A stretch of DNA of 53,260 bases, filler included, from Catajapyx aquilonaris (lineage: Eukaryota), in the NCBI GenBank assembly GCA_000934665.2. It is 3 parts of 3 records of this genome, joined end to end, with 100 filler letters (N's around TTAATTAATTAA, not from the genome) between each part and the next. Parts side by side here need not be neighbours in the genome. Positions count along the whole stretch, not along the records: positions 1 to 16,553 come from JYFJ02007167.1; 2 more parts are not named here. The stretch is one strand, 5' to 3'. Below the pieces are notes generated by a model. The model searched no databases, had not been told where the DNA came from, and saw only the letters and a list, made by a program, of their open reading frames with translations. The translations under genes were made by a program, and so were the position numbers. This document shows, one piece after another, positions 1 through 11,704 of this stretch (position 1 is its first letter; each line of letters opens with the position of its first letter).

Positions 1-68
1 GGAGAGCGCTACAGACCCGGTGAAAGGCAACCGCGATAGGGCAGCCGGGACCGGTGACTCACGGCCGG

Positions 69-74
69 ATGCAG
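69..74 (+). CDS. lark: Candidate initiation micro-segment (Met-Gln) of the lark/RBM4-like gene
   Basis: ATG CAG|GTGTTG in a CpG-rich stretch. A phase-0 join to 1082 gives MQTKIFVG, similar to RBM4-family N-termini. The donor is weak. A stronger donor (GTAAG) at 206 has no in-frame ATG. Confidence 0.3.
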
Positions 75-281
75 GTGTTGTGGCTTCGGAACATCGCATT
101 TTGGCTGTATTTTCACCCTGCTAACGTGGAAACTAGCAGCGGAGGTGATGTTTTCTCAACACTAAGCAGAATTAGAAAATCCAACAATTTTCAAAATTCA
201 GGAGGGTAAGAAGAGTTACTTTGGTTGTAAGAGCATTTTTTTACACAAGAACCTATGACCCTCACATATTGGTCACATTAA

Positions 282-857
282 CCCTAATAAGACGGGCGTA
301 TCATATGCTGATATGCTGGCTTTAAAAAAATCTGCTGGCAAAACTATAGCATTTTTCCACTGTGTAATGTGGTTACTGTGGATTTTTAAATGTTCTCTCA
401 CATAAATATTAATTGCTAATTTTGGACTACAAAATCTTGCATAAATAAACCAGATTAACTTACATGACGTCATCTGCCCAGCAACATATTTTTGCAACTG
501 CTGAAAAAAGCACTTCCCCCCATGACCTTGGCTGGCAAATTTTGGCGTACATAGTTGCTCCCAAATCACAAGAGATTCCACCCAAAACGTAGTGCTAAAT
601 AATATTAATAGCTTTTAAAAATAAATACATAATGTTGGATGGTGCTCAATTATAGGCTCAACCTGCACAACCCTGACCGTGTGGCTATCTTGCCGGCGGG
701 GGCTTAACTGATTGGAGGAGTCTGATGTTACGCTCTGGGTGGGAGGTGGGAGGTTCCTAAAAAGTCTTTTCCAGAGCGTGGAAGCGCCAATACTTGAAAC
801 AAACATTTGTTTTCTGAGATGTGCAACATCGCCAAAAAAATGCCTGTCTTATTAGGG
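282..857. mobile_element. piggyBac-type MITE
   Basis: TIR CCCTAATAAGACRGGC at both ends with TTAA on both flanks (278-281, 858-861). Confidence 0.85.
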
Positions 858-1081
858 TTAAAGGATTAGCTAACTAATTATTGAACTCCCCAAGTGAGTT
901 GCAGTGTATTTCATTGTAAAACTAAAAACTCATGAAGATTTAATATCTTAGTTATTATCATGTACATGTAGTATTGGTAATATTGTAGTCATTTGACTCG
1001 TCAATGCATGCAAAGAGCTAATTCTGATTATTTTAACTCCTTTCAATTTGGACATAATCTTTTATATTTGCTTTCCTGCAG

Positions 1082-1282
1082 ACCAAAATCTTTGTGGGGC
1101 GACTTCCCCAGGATGCCAATTCCCAAGAGCTTCGTGCTCTCTTTGAGAAATATGGGAATGTTACAGAGTGTGATGTGCTCAATAGATATGGCTTTGTGCA
1201 CATGAAAACCGAGGAGATGGCACAGACAGCAATCAGGGAATTGAACAACGCTGAATTTATGGGGTCCAGGATAAGTGTGGAG
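1082..1282 (+). CDS. lark: lark/RBM4-like protein, RRM exon
   Basis: tttcctgcag acceptor and GAG|GTAAGT donor. Encodes TKIFVGRLPQDANSQELRALFEKYGNVTECDVLNRYGFVHM...ISVE, with RNP2 IFVGRL and RNP1 RYGFVHM. ELRALFEKYG.V.ECDV..YGFVHM is characteristic of lark/RBM4. Confidence 0.93.
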
Positions 1283-1375
1283 GTAAGTAGTCTCTTCCAA
1301 GTTTTTTGTCATGTAGAGTGCCTATAGTGGAGTTGATAAGTTCCACAAATCCTGGGCAGGTTTTTATTATAATTA

Positions 1376-1975
1376 CAGTAAAACTTCCATAAGTCGAATC
1401 TCCATGGGACTGGAACAAAACTTCGAGTTATAGAAGATTCGAGTTAGAGAAGTTTGGAATTTTTTAAGCACATAACTCTATAAGGAAGCCTACCATTATA
1501 TCCAGCGACGAAAGGTGTTCAAAACTTAAAAATAACTGTCACTATCACACTTACAATGTTCCTCGTTTTGTTGTAAAAAAAATCTCCATTGTGGACATTT
1601 ACCTACTCTTAGATTCAAGGATTCAATTGTCACAATTGAGTCAAATACTTCTTTCGGTACGTCTGGTAGACGGAGATCAGGATTAATTGAGCTTTCTGTA
1701 CATGTGGCCTACTCTCCACCCTTCGGCTGGGACATGAGAAAATTTTCTGTATTCGCCAACATGAATTTCGACTTAGGGAGGCTGAAAATGCATTGATATC
1801 TCATCGTGAGGCCCTGCCTGCACTTCGCGTTATGGAGAACTTCGCGTTATGGAGAACTTCGAGTTATAGAAATTCGAGTTAGGGAAGTTTATGTCCTATT
1901 ATATTACATTGTGACCAACCAAGCTCGTCATTTTCTTCGACTTATAGAGAAGTACGACTTATAGAAGTTTTACTG
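1376..1975. mobile_element. pogo/Tigger-like MITE
   Basis: TA-CAGTAAAACTTC.ATAAGTCG...CGACTTATAGAAGTTTTACTG-TA, with multiple subterminal TTCG(A/C)GTTAT repeats. Confidence 0.85.
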
Positions 1976-2197
1976 TATTTAAAGGTTCAGTGGGACGTTC
2001 CAGGGGTACTTTTGGCATATTTCCTTTGACTAGGAGTCTGTAAACAAAATGGTGATGTAAGGCCAAAATAAGGGTGGGCTGCCTATATCCTATACTTTGT
2101 GCTGGCAATGTGATAGAATTTCCCTTGGTTTGTGTTCATACAACTGGCCGTTATTACGCGATAGGTAGTAAAACTTGACTTCATTAATTTCTTCCAG

Positions 2198-2649
2198 CAA
2201 TCAACGGGAAAGAAGAGTGGAGGAGGATCACGACCTCGAGGAGGAGGCGGCTTTGGTGGAGTCATGCGTGGTGGAATGGGACGTGGGGGATATGGAGGAG
2301 GCGGTGGATATGGTGGCGGTGGCTATGGAATGGGAAGGGGAGGGATGGGAGGAGGAATGGGGAGACCAAGCCCATATGACCGCCCTATGCAGAGGATGGG
2401 TGGAGGAGATTATGAGAGGCGCCCTCCAATGGAGCGAGGCGGAGGAATGGGTGGCATGCCAGATAGAATGGGTGGTGGGGGAATGCCTGTCCACATTCGC
2501 AATGGATACTATGATAACTACGAGCGTGGAGGTAATGGTGGTGGAACTGCAAGTGGAAATGGTGGGAGGTTTGATGACTACTACAACAGGAGGCCACAGA
2601 TGGCCCCCATGCCTAGTATGATGTCACGAGAAAGGGAGATGATGTACAG
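2198..2649 (+). CDS. lark: lark/RBM4-like protein, Gly/RGG-rich exon
   Basis: cttccag acceptor, in frame (phase 0) with the RRM exon. Encodes QSTGKKSGGGSRPRGGGGFGG...RPSPYDRP...EMMY. AG|GTAGGG donor. Confidence 0.88.
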
Positions 2650-2694
2650 GTAGGGAGTGTATAGTCAGTAGGGCCATTTTTCAAGTGCACCATA

Positions 2695-3271
2695 CAGGGT
2701 GTTTCAGAGACACAGGTCAAGCACAGGCGAGGGGGTGGGGAAAAATCGTAGGTGGCGACAACCCCGGTCGGTTTTATAAAACAATTAGCAATACGGCAGT
2801 AATCAATTTATTTATTACGGTCTACGGCGTGACGTCACATCCTTTCTGTATTCTAATTGACCAGCGCGGACTGGCAGATTCAGTGGTTTGAACCTGGTTG
2901 AGCGGATTTTTATCCTTACGGGTTGCACTGAAAAAGGCGCTCTCATGCTACACCCGCAGGGTACTGTACAAAGTAGTGTACAACTGTACGGTGGTGTTCA
3001 GTACCCTGGCGGTGTAGCATGAGAGCACCTTTTTCAGTGCAACCCGTAAGGCTAAAAAGCTGCTCAACCAGGTTCAACCCACTGAATGAGCCCTGTCAAT
3101 TAAAATATAGAAAGGACGTGACGTCATGCCGTACGGCCGTAATAAATAATTGATTACTGCCATATTTCTAATTATTTTATAAAACAAGGTAACAATAAAA
3201 TAGGTTGTCGCCACCTATGATTTTTCCCCACCCCCTCGCGCGCGCTTGACCCGTGACTCTGAAACACCCTG
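2695..3271. mobile_element. Palindromic Tc1/mariner-type MITE
   Basis: TA-CAGGGTGTTTCAGAG...CTCTGAAACACCCTG-TA. Arms pair almost to the centre. A half copy lies at 41588-41893. Confidence 0.9.
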
Positions 3272-3535
3272 TATATGTTCTCTTCCCATGCCTAGATGTG
3301 ACTAGGGCCAGTTGCAAAATTGTTCAGGAATAGGGATCGTGTTAAGGGTGCAATATTGGGAAATACAAGACATTGTTACCCTACCCAGACACATTAAGTA
3401 ATGGGGTCCTATGCTTGGCCTGGGATTTGGGTAATTTGTACATGAATAGCTCAACCATACATATAAACCTACATTCCACCACTTTTCGGCACCAAAATGT
3501 ATTGCTCGATAAATTGTCGGGGCTTTAAAAGTCAC

Positions 3536-3815
3536 TCACAAATTGGCGGGGGAAACGGGGGCGTGGCCTCGGACAACAGTGATGTCAGCAGGCCGTTGCC
3601 TCGCGGCCATTCGATTAGGCTGATTGGCCAAGCGCCAAATTAGTAAATGGGAAGGTGAGGGGCGAAAGGGCGGCGCAGGCGAAATTTTTTTGGGTTCAAG
3701 GTCACACAAGCTACTGAGAGATTTGAATGGGTATAGCTTACTGAAGAATTCCTTTTTTTCCCAACCTCTTCGCGGAGCACCAAGTGCTCCACGGAGCACA
3801 GTTTGGGAAACTCTG
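3536..3815. mobile_element. hAT-like element fragment (one end)
   Basis: Minus-strand CAGAGTTTCCCAAACTGTGCTCCGTGGAGCAC terminus with a subterminal palindrome. The partner end is not seen and the left boundary is approximate. Confidence 0.45.
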
Positions 3816-4097
3816 GTATAGAGTATAGATTGTAGAGGAAATGGCACACACTATCACTACTACACACTGGCAGACAACTAATCAATAATAAGTGACATAG
3901 GTTGAACCATTGGGCGGGACCCTCCCTGCCCAGCCTGCACTTTTACTGCAGAGGACTTGCTCTTCAAATGGCTACGGGAGAACTGCCTGGGATGACTTAG
4001 CTGACCATGTGTCGAATTTTGTTCCCCTCCAAGGTTTCATATTTAATCATACAGTGGGGGCCCATCTGGCAGGAGGGGGCTACTTTTCCGCTACATA

Positions 4098-4472
4098 CAG
4101 GGTGTTTCTAACTAGTCCAGCCAACGGCCGTCAGCATATTCCTTGGGCCAAAACAAGTCGAAAATGTAGGGGGGAGAAATGTCAAGGGACCAACCGTTAA
4201 CGAGGTAGACGGCCGAAACATTGGCTGGTGGTTGCCGAAGTTGCAGGATATGAATGTGATGATCACTTCTGTGAAGGAGGTGACCTTTCAAATCCCAACA
4301 GTCACGAATTTCACCCTCATATCCTGCTCCTTCGGCCACCATTGACCAATATTTCTGGTCAAGGTCATTTTAATGGTTGCTCCCTCGACATTTCTCCCCC
4401 CTACATTTTCGACTTCTTTTGGCTCAAGGAATACGCTGACGGCTGTTGGCTGGACTAGTAACAAACACCCTG
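4098..4472. mobile_element. Palindromic Tc1/mariner-type MITE
   Basis: TA-CAGGGTGTTT..ACTAGTCCAGCCAAC...GTTGGCTGGACTAGT..AAACACCCTG-TA. Long arms explain the mirror ORFs in the track. Confidence 0.9.
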
Positions 4473-4795
4473 TATAGAGATATATGGAGATGATTATCAT
4501 GCAGGCTTCTAATTAAAGAAATGTGACTGTTAAAATCCTGGGGAGATGATGAGTCTCTTGTGGAAAAGAGCATACTTGATTATTTTTTATGGCCTGAATG
4601 TTGAGTTCCATAATTTCTATACCTTACCTCCTTGTACTGGGAACCCCCCCATTTCTGCCATTCAACCTTGTATTAAGTAATGGACATTTACATAAATCAT
4701 TGGCTGGAGGAAAAAAACTGTGGAGCTCCCATTGCACTTTGGAAGCAGAATCTCTACATACAATGAATTTTAATTGTCATACTATCCTGTTACAG

Positions 4796-4942
4796 CTATT
4801 CCAATCGGGAGCCAGAGCGTAGGATGTACTCTGATGGGAGAGATGGATTTGAACGCCGACCCATGGGCTCTCCGATGAGTGGCTATGATAGAAGGGCAGA
4901 ATATGCGAGTGGGAGGGTGTCAAGCGAAATGTTCAGACGAAG
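4796..4942 (+). CDS. lark: lark/RBM4-like protein, YDR-rich exon
   Basis: gttacag acceptor, phase 2 compatible. Encodes YSNREPERRMYSDGRDGFERRPMGSPMSGYDRRAEYASGRVSSEMFRR. AG|GTAGGT donor. Confidence 0.8.
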
Positions 4943-5142
4943 GTAGGTTGCTAATGTTTTATACTTTTACCAGTTCAAGGAACCAGTTTTACACTGGAAG
5001 TGCAACAACACCATTACATTTGCTGGAGGAAAACTCATTTCAATAATTCACAATTTCTGGATAGGTGTTGGATGGAAAGTTGTTCTGCTTCACTGAGAAA
5101 CTTGGCTCAGTTTGAAATAATTGCATGACAAACTAGTCTTAG

Positions 5143-5845
5143 TTAACCCCTGGAGCCCCAGCTATACCACGATTGCCTAGATTTTTGTTTCTGTTAAACT
5201 TACATGTACTCTGAATATAAAACATAAGATATTTTACCAATAATTACAACTAGACTTACATGCTCTACGCTATGTACGTGTTAGGAACCAGTTTTATTGC
5301 CTAGAAGTCCTTAAATTAATTTCCAAAAGGATCGCCGCAGAGTGTAGCTATACTGCCAATGCCTAGTTTTTGGCGTGCATGTACTCTGAAGATAATTATA
5401 AGATATTTCACAAATAATAACAGATACACTTACACATTCATGCTCTACACTATGAATGCGTTAGAAACAATTTTCACTCGTCTAGCAGTCCCTAAATTTT
5501 CAAACGTAATAACTTTAAATTCATTTACTACTGACTGACAGTCAGGCCATCGCTTACACGTACTTGGAAGATAAGGACAACATGTTTTACAAAATAATAA
5601 CAGCTACACTTAACATGTACCTTGAAAATGCTATAAATGTGTTTGGAACAATTTTCCTCCTCGAGAAGTTCCTAAATTAATTTCCAAAAAGATCGCTGTA
5701 AAAAAACTCGAATTTCGAGAACTGCTGGCTAATTGTTAGGCTGATTTAATTATGAAATACATTAGAATATACGGAATGTTAACCTTGCAAACCTTGCCAG
5801 ACAAAGTTGCTGAAATCGTCGTACTTCGCGAGAAATAAATAAATA
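5143..5845 (+). repeat. One arm of a foldback-like element: three ~185-bp tandem units plus tail
   Basis: Repeated units GCCTAG.TTTT...TACTCTGAA...ATTTTAC.AATAAT...GAAGT.CCTAAATT. The same units and tail recur at 21151-22283 and 26139-26245. Confidence 0.75.
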
Positions 5846-6018
5846 AGGGACAAGATTGTGACTCGTGATTCATAGGTGCCCTGCCTTCGAGTGCACTGTT
5901 CAGTCCAGTTTGAAAATGTCGGGGAAGAGGTTGACAGAGGCTCAACGTATTGCTCATGTCCGGGCAGATGGTCCAAAAGAGCAGGCAAAATTAATAGGCC
6001 AAAAACTTGGTATGGCAA

Positions 6019-6441
6019 CACTTACAAGGGAAGTGTCTGTAGGGCCATCGGCCAATCGGCATTTATTCCTGTTGATTGCAAAAGGGAAGATATGCTGTGA
6101 TAAACGGTGTTGGGGAAGAAAGAAAAAGAAAACGATGCTCCGAGACGAGAGAGGGAGGGGGGGAAAAAGTCGCTTCCCGCGGACTTGAACGCGGAGACTT
6201 CGGATCATGACGCGGACGCGCTACTGACTGAGCCACGAAGACTGTTTATAATTTCTTCTGCCGAATGCGCCCCATTGTCACCAAGCAGGTTTGCCGGGCA
6301 CCTATAGTCGCCCATATCTCGAAAACGCTTGGCTAATGCGACTTTTTACTTTCACCAATGAATTTCTGGCCTGCGATTTACCCCAAGTGTCATTTTCGGG
6401 CCGATTGGCCGATGGCCCTACAGACACTTCCCTTGTTAGTG
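6019..6441. mobile_element. TIR element with CAC...GTG termini
   Basis: About 42-bp TIR CACT(T/A)ACAAGGGAAGTGTCTGTAGGGCCATCGGCCAATCGGC. No clear TSD. Confidence 0.75.
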
Positions 6442-6839
6442 TTTAAACACCTGTGGAATTTTGCATGGTTCATGTGGCCCGCTAAGGGTGCTCTGGTACG
6501 AATCAAATGCTATGTCCAGGAAGCTGATGACGCTTCCTGGCTGACTTTTTACCTGTTGAGTTGGGCTTATGTAGGTAGGGGCAGCAGTTACTAATTGTTT
6601 AGCCTAGGAATGAGTGTAAAGAGAAACAATCCATGGGAAGCTTCTACTAGGGCTACATGTTTGTCTTGAAACTAGCTGCTCTCTCTCTCTCTCTCTGTCT
6701 CTCCAACATACAATTTGGAACGGTAGATTTGGGTAGTGTATGACTGAGGATAACGATTTCATAAAAACTCTTGTACACTTGTAATATTCTGACAGTCTTT
6801 GTTTTGAAAACTTATAATGACAACTACTCTCCTTTGCAG

Positions 6840-6905
6840 TAGTTATGATAGGGACCCACCACCATATGATGGGATGCGCGAGTCCTACGGCCCACAGGGA
6901 AGGCG
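6840..6905 (+). CDS. lark: lark/RBM4-like protein, short exon
   Basis: cctttgcag acceptor, phase 2. Encodes SYDRDPPPYDGMRESYGPQGR. CG|GTGAGT donor, or CGG TGA stop if unspliced. Confidence 0.7.
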
Positions 6906-7357
6906 GTGAGTGCTGTTGATACTTGTGTTTTCTCAATTAGCAATGAATGTATTTTTTCCAGCCAATTTTGGAAGCAGGGTATTTGCAACTTTTACGACTC
7001 GTGCTCGTATGATTTTTACTTGCGATGTGCGTGATTTTATAGGCCGATCATTGTTCCCTCGGTTCTTGTAGCTATCCCCCCTCGATGTCGCCGCTCGAAC
7101 ACGACATGGCTGCAGCACGTCGTTACTAAGCAACGAGCGAGTGTTATGAACTGAAAAAAAAGGAGGACAGGGGAAGGGGAATCACGTGAACACACAAAAA
7201 AAAAGGGGCTCGGCTGCAAGTTATTTTATATCGTCTGCCAATTAACCTTGCGGTCGGACTGGAAGATCACTCGGCACGGATGAAAATCGAGAGAGCAACA
7301 CTGTTTGCTTGCTTTAGATGTAGGTTCTTCATTTTATTTTTACTCAACTCGGATGTA

Positions 7358-8732
7358 TGAGGTGCAGTCAATAAAAAACAATCCAAATTTACTGTGTAAA
7401 AACCTATGGGACAGGAAATAATGCCTATTGTCAGGGATAACCTTCAAACCTTAAAGAAAATTATGTGCATGCGCATGTGTAGCTATAAACAGCAGGTGTT
7501 GCATCTTTAAACTTAATTAATAATATTTCCCTTTTCCTTTATTCACTTCTTATGGTATGTGCATGTAACAAAAGTTTCATAAAAGATATCTCCATTAGTG
7601 TTATTGAGATTGCAGGGGTTGAATTTTCAAAATTTTGTCCAGACGCAAAGTTTGCACTGCAGACTTTAACCTGCAGTGCAAATGACATATTTGGGAGTGC
7701 TTAATTTTTTATTACTGGGTATTGCCATGTTTAAAAGCAGGACCAGGCTCAGTTTGGAGTGCAGATGACAATTTATTTTGGAGTGCAAATTGCACCTTTG
7801 CATCCGAATAATTGGACCCCGAGATTGGTTCATTACATTTGCTTCTGCACCAGCGTAAGTGCTTAACTGTGGCATCTTCCCTTGACTTACCTTATGACAT
7901 GATGCTATTCTAATTGGACACCAATGACACAGAATCTCAGCCTCATTTCCCCATTGCCAAGGAACTTAAGTTATACTGTAACTCGCCTGTAGACTTGACC
8001 TTGGCGGATAGAGTGTACCCGGAAAACTGGAAGTTGACCAGGAAACCTATTCAGGGTCTGCTGAATTCAAATCCGAAAACCGTTTGACACTATCTCGTAT
8101 GTTTTAGGCCCTGATACCTGTTCACAGACAGACAGACAGACAGAACCGTTCAGTAAGACATTTTGAGGAGAAAAAGTCTAAAAAATATGCTGCAGACGAC
8201 ATGAAGGTTTAGTTTTACCTTTTTTCAAAACTATTGCCTGTGTTGATTTGTACATTTATTCCACTGAGATACTAGGCATGCAAAGGCCTTCTCATAGAAG
8301 TCCTTGGGTTGTTACTGAAACCACATCTTAACTATCCTACACTTCATCATCCGTCTGGAATAGGCATCCACACAACGCTGTCTTTACTTCACCAAAAATG
8401 TGCAAGTCACAGGGTGACAGGTCAGTACTGTAGTGAGGGGGTGGCTGAGGACTTCCCACTTCAATGTACGGATGAGATCTTGTGATCAGTGATATTTGCT
8501 GTTTGGGGGCAGGCATTCTCTCTCTGATGACATTCTCACATGCAAGGATTGCACTTGGACAGTGCTTTCGGTGGGTTGCTTACCTTTTGATCGCGTGATG
8601 CGACGCCTGCTTCCTCTAGTCGCACATGCGCATAATTTTAAGGATTGAAGGTTACCCCTGCCAATAGGCGTTATTGCTTGTCTCATAGGTTTTCCACAAT
8701 AAATTTGGCTCGTTTTATTATTGACTACCTAG
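7358..8732 (-). mobile_element. Decayed mariner element with ~140-bp inverted ends
   Basis: Ends pair (7358-7480 vs 8620-8732). The minus strand at about 8230-8460 reads WEVLSHP/YSTDLSPCDLHIFGEVK...FQTDDEV and WFQ*QPKDFY...QWNKC, the mariner YSPDLAP C-terminus with frameshifts and stops. Confidence 0.8.
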
Positions 8733-9867
8733 AATGAGTAGTGTATTTCTTTTCATGAATTGTATCTCATTTCAAAGAAGGACAGTTATCACTAGATGTA
8801 GTTCAGCAATAAATGCGAGCCTTCGCACTGTAAGTCCGCTTAATAACATTCTGCACTTTTTTTTATACACCTATGCCTTTCTACAGGATTTTTTTCCCCC
8901 CCTTGTTAGTATAAATACCATTCGAAATGGTATTTAGTGAAAGCAGCTCCATGGAAATTGTGGACAATTTTGGGCCCAATTATCGTAATGTTCACATTGT
9001 AAAAAGCATTACTCCAAATTATAATATTTGGAATCAGTTTGTGTTTTAATATTCTGAGTGGGCCCAGGGAGATGCGATTTCCTTTTCGGGGGAAAATGGG
9101 ATCGCCATGCGAGCGAAAATGGAAGCGAGAAGTCCCCTACCAGAAGTGAACGAGTGAGCAAGCGAACAAATTGGCGGGAGCGAAGTTGAAGTGGCGCCTG
9201 ATGAAGCGAATGAAGTTGAAGCGAATCGAGCGAAAATATTTGCCCGAATTCCCGTGACGGCCAGGTTAGTGTATGGTGTGTGCCCTACTTGATCGGGGAA
9301 AAATGAAAATAGCAATTATAAAATTGTTCCCTGTCGGATTTAAAGCTAAAACCAGACACATCAATTAGGATGGACCATTCAGCAACAAAAAATAATTTCC
9401 TGTTATGCGAGAAGAATTTCTTGGAAGTATGCGAACCTTTCTCCATGAGGGAGGCATTGGATCCTGACTAGTAACTTGCGTCTTCTGTGCGGAAAATGCG
9501 TTCCCCTTGCAATTTTTCCAGAACGTGGCCTTGCGACCTCCTGCGTTTAAAAGTGCATGCGTATTCCATGATAATGCCCCCTAGGCGTAACAGTACTACT
9601 TTTACATACGTGTGAATTTTTTCGTGAGAAAACCAAAATCCTATTCTCAGTGTGCGATCATTTGCGAATCCGATGACTAGCTTAGGAAACTGAAGTTGAG
9701 TAAGGGGGAAATGGGAGAGATGAATGCTAAAAATTGTTAGTAATTTTTGTATAACTATTTTAGGTGTTAATGGCCTCCACCACTGCTGTTTCACCAGAAG
9801 CGACCATAAGGTATGGCATATAATTCTCGATTTGTTCTGACCCAAGTAACTTCAAGTTTCTTTTCAG

Positions 9868-10009
9868 ATGGCAGAAATGGTGTTGGATGGACAAAGATCG
9901 TGACATGTGGTTTTTATACAGATTTACAGTTTTACAAGCTGATGAGTATTATTCAGATAGGGAGGATTTCCTGCTGAGGGAGAGTAAGAATATGGCGACT
10001 CTTGCCTGA
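9868..10009 (+). CDS. lark: Possible terminal exon of the lark-like gene
   Basis: tttcttttcag acceptor. The phase-2 reading stays open for 46 codons to TGA, but its composition does not resemble the upstream exons. AATAAA signals occur near 11786 and 11813. Confidence 0.3.
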
Positions 10010-10952
10010 GAATTTATAGGGTAGGTTGTTCCCAATAACAGTGCGCGAACAGATGATACAATATATTTTTCCAAAGGATGCTACCAGATTAGGTATTGAA
10101 TCGCTAGTATGCCTCTTATGATCGTAGCTTTGTTTTTCTACATCAGCTTGTCATTGATTTGGGTTACCTCAGTGAGCATGGACAAGTTTTAAAATTAAAA
10201 ATCAAATGCAATAGATAGGAAAAAGCTATATTTAATGTTTTCATCTAGCGTTATTCGAAGCAACTTACAGCAAAATCACTTGCAAGATAAGCTATTCTTT
10301 TTTGTGAAAAGAGAAGGGAATATCTTGCTAATATGACAGATTCCGTTCCAGTTCAAGCTGTAATGCGAATACCATATTACCTCTCATGAAGCGTTTTGAC
10401 AGGGGATCCCCCCGCTCCAACATACTGTTTAAATAGAGATTATTGCCAGCCACCGCAATTGAAAACAATATAACTTATGGTACGGGGTACCCTATTCGGA
10501 AAATGTGCCTTTTCAATACCCTTTACGTGAATTTAGATTTTCAGGGAAATGTCAAGTTTGGAAAGGATAATGTAACTTATGTGAAAACCTCGCCTTATAC
10601 TGGCATGCTGGTATGGCCACCAGATAATCCATTTCTAAAAACTGGTCGACTACGTCTACACCAGCATGCCACTTTATGAGAAGTAATACGGTATCAGCTC
10701 TAACATCTTGTAAGAGAATCACTGCCCTTTTTTCAGTGTGAAATAATGTTAAGCTGGGAAAAGCCATGGAAAAGTAAAAATAATAAATAACAATCATGAG
10801 CCAGTAAGTGCAAGTGCTGCATGCAAGTGCCAAAAAAATAATGTATTAGCAAAATGCCATAAAGCGAAGTATACAAGCAAGTCTGTAAGAGTGGTAAATG
10901 AGCACAATCATGCTTACTTTTGTATATCACTTCGTAGTGAATTTACTCATAA

Positions 10953-11704
10953 GGCCTGTTCCTAAAGCAGCATTTCTTATGCACAATTATTGCACTGTCA
11001 CAGCCAGCCCACGGACACTTATACTACGTTCTGGCGTTATCACCTGCCGAGGCATTTTGCAGCGGGTGCTCACCTGAGACCGCCATGAGACATTTCGGAG
11101 GCCAGGATAAGTGGCGACCCTACCAGACTCAGGCTGAACTTCATAGGTACTGAAGGGGAGGGCTACATGCTGGCCCAACATGGCCACAATGTAGCCCTCC
11201 CCTTTCGTACCTATAAAGTTCAGCCTGAGTCCGGTAGGGTCGCCACTTATCCTGGCCTCCGAAATGTCTCATGGCGGTCTCAGGTGAGCACCCGCTGCAA
11301 AATGCCTCAGCAGGGGCTGGGTGGGAGTGACCAGACCTTACTTATATGACCGTGGTCACAACTACCCCAAATGTTTACAGTCAGCTGTGGCAGCAGTGTA
11401 ACAGGTGACAACAATGGAAAGCATGGCAAAGTGGATAGAAGGAAGTTTGGTGTGGGTTGGGAAAAATTGACCACGAACTGATCACATAATCTTGATCTGA
11501 CATCTGATTGGACAGGAGACGCTGGGAGCCCCTCTGTCGCTGTAGCAATCTGGGCTAGGAGTGCTACAACTGCAGTGGCTGTCACAGCTTTTTCCAACTG
11601 TAGCATTCCTGACCACTGACTACTTCCAAGCTGTACAGCTGCAGGGTGAGGGAGCGGTCACAGTGCAATTACTTGTATAAAAAAATCTGCTTTGGGAACA
11701 GACC
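10953..11704. mobile_element. PIF/Harbinger-like MITE containing a long internal hairpin
   Basis: Imperfect ~50-bp TIR GG(C/T)CTGTTCC(T/C)AAAGCAG...TTGCACTGT with TAA on the left flank. Internal inverted repeat at 11043-11314. Confidence 0.6.

Noticed and set aside
2648..2653. Immediate in-frame stop on intron retention at several lark-like and SoxE donors
   Set aside because: An automatic consequence of phase-2 introns starting GTAG/GTAA/GTGA, so not evidence of regulation.
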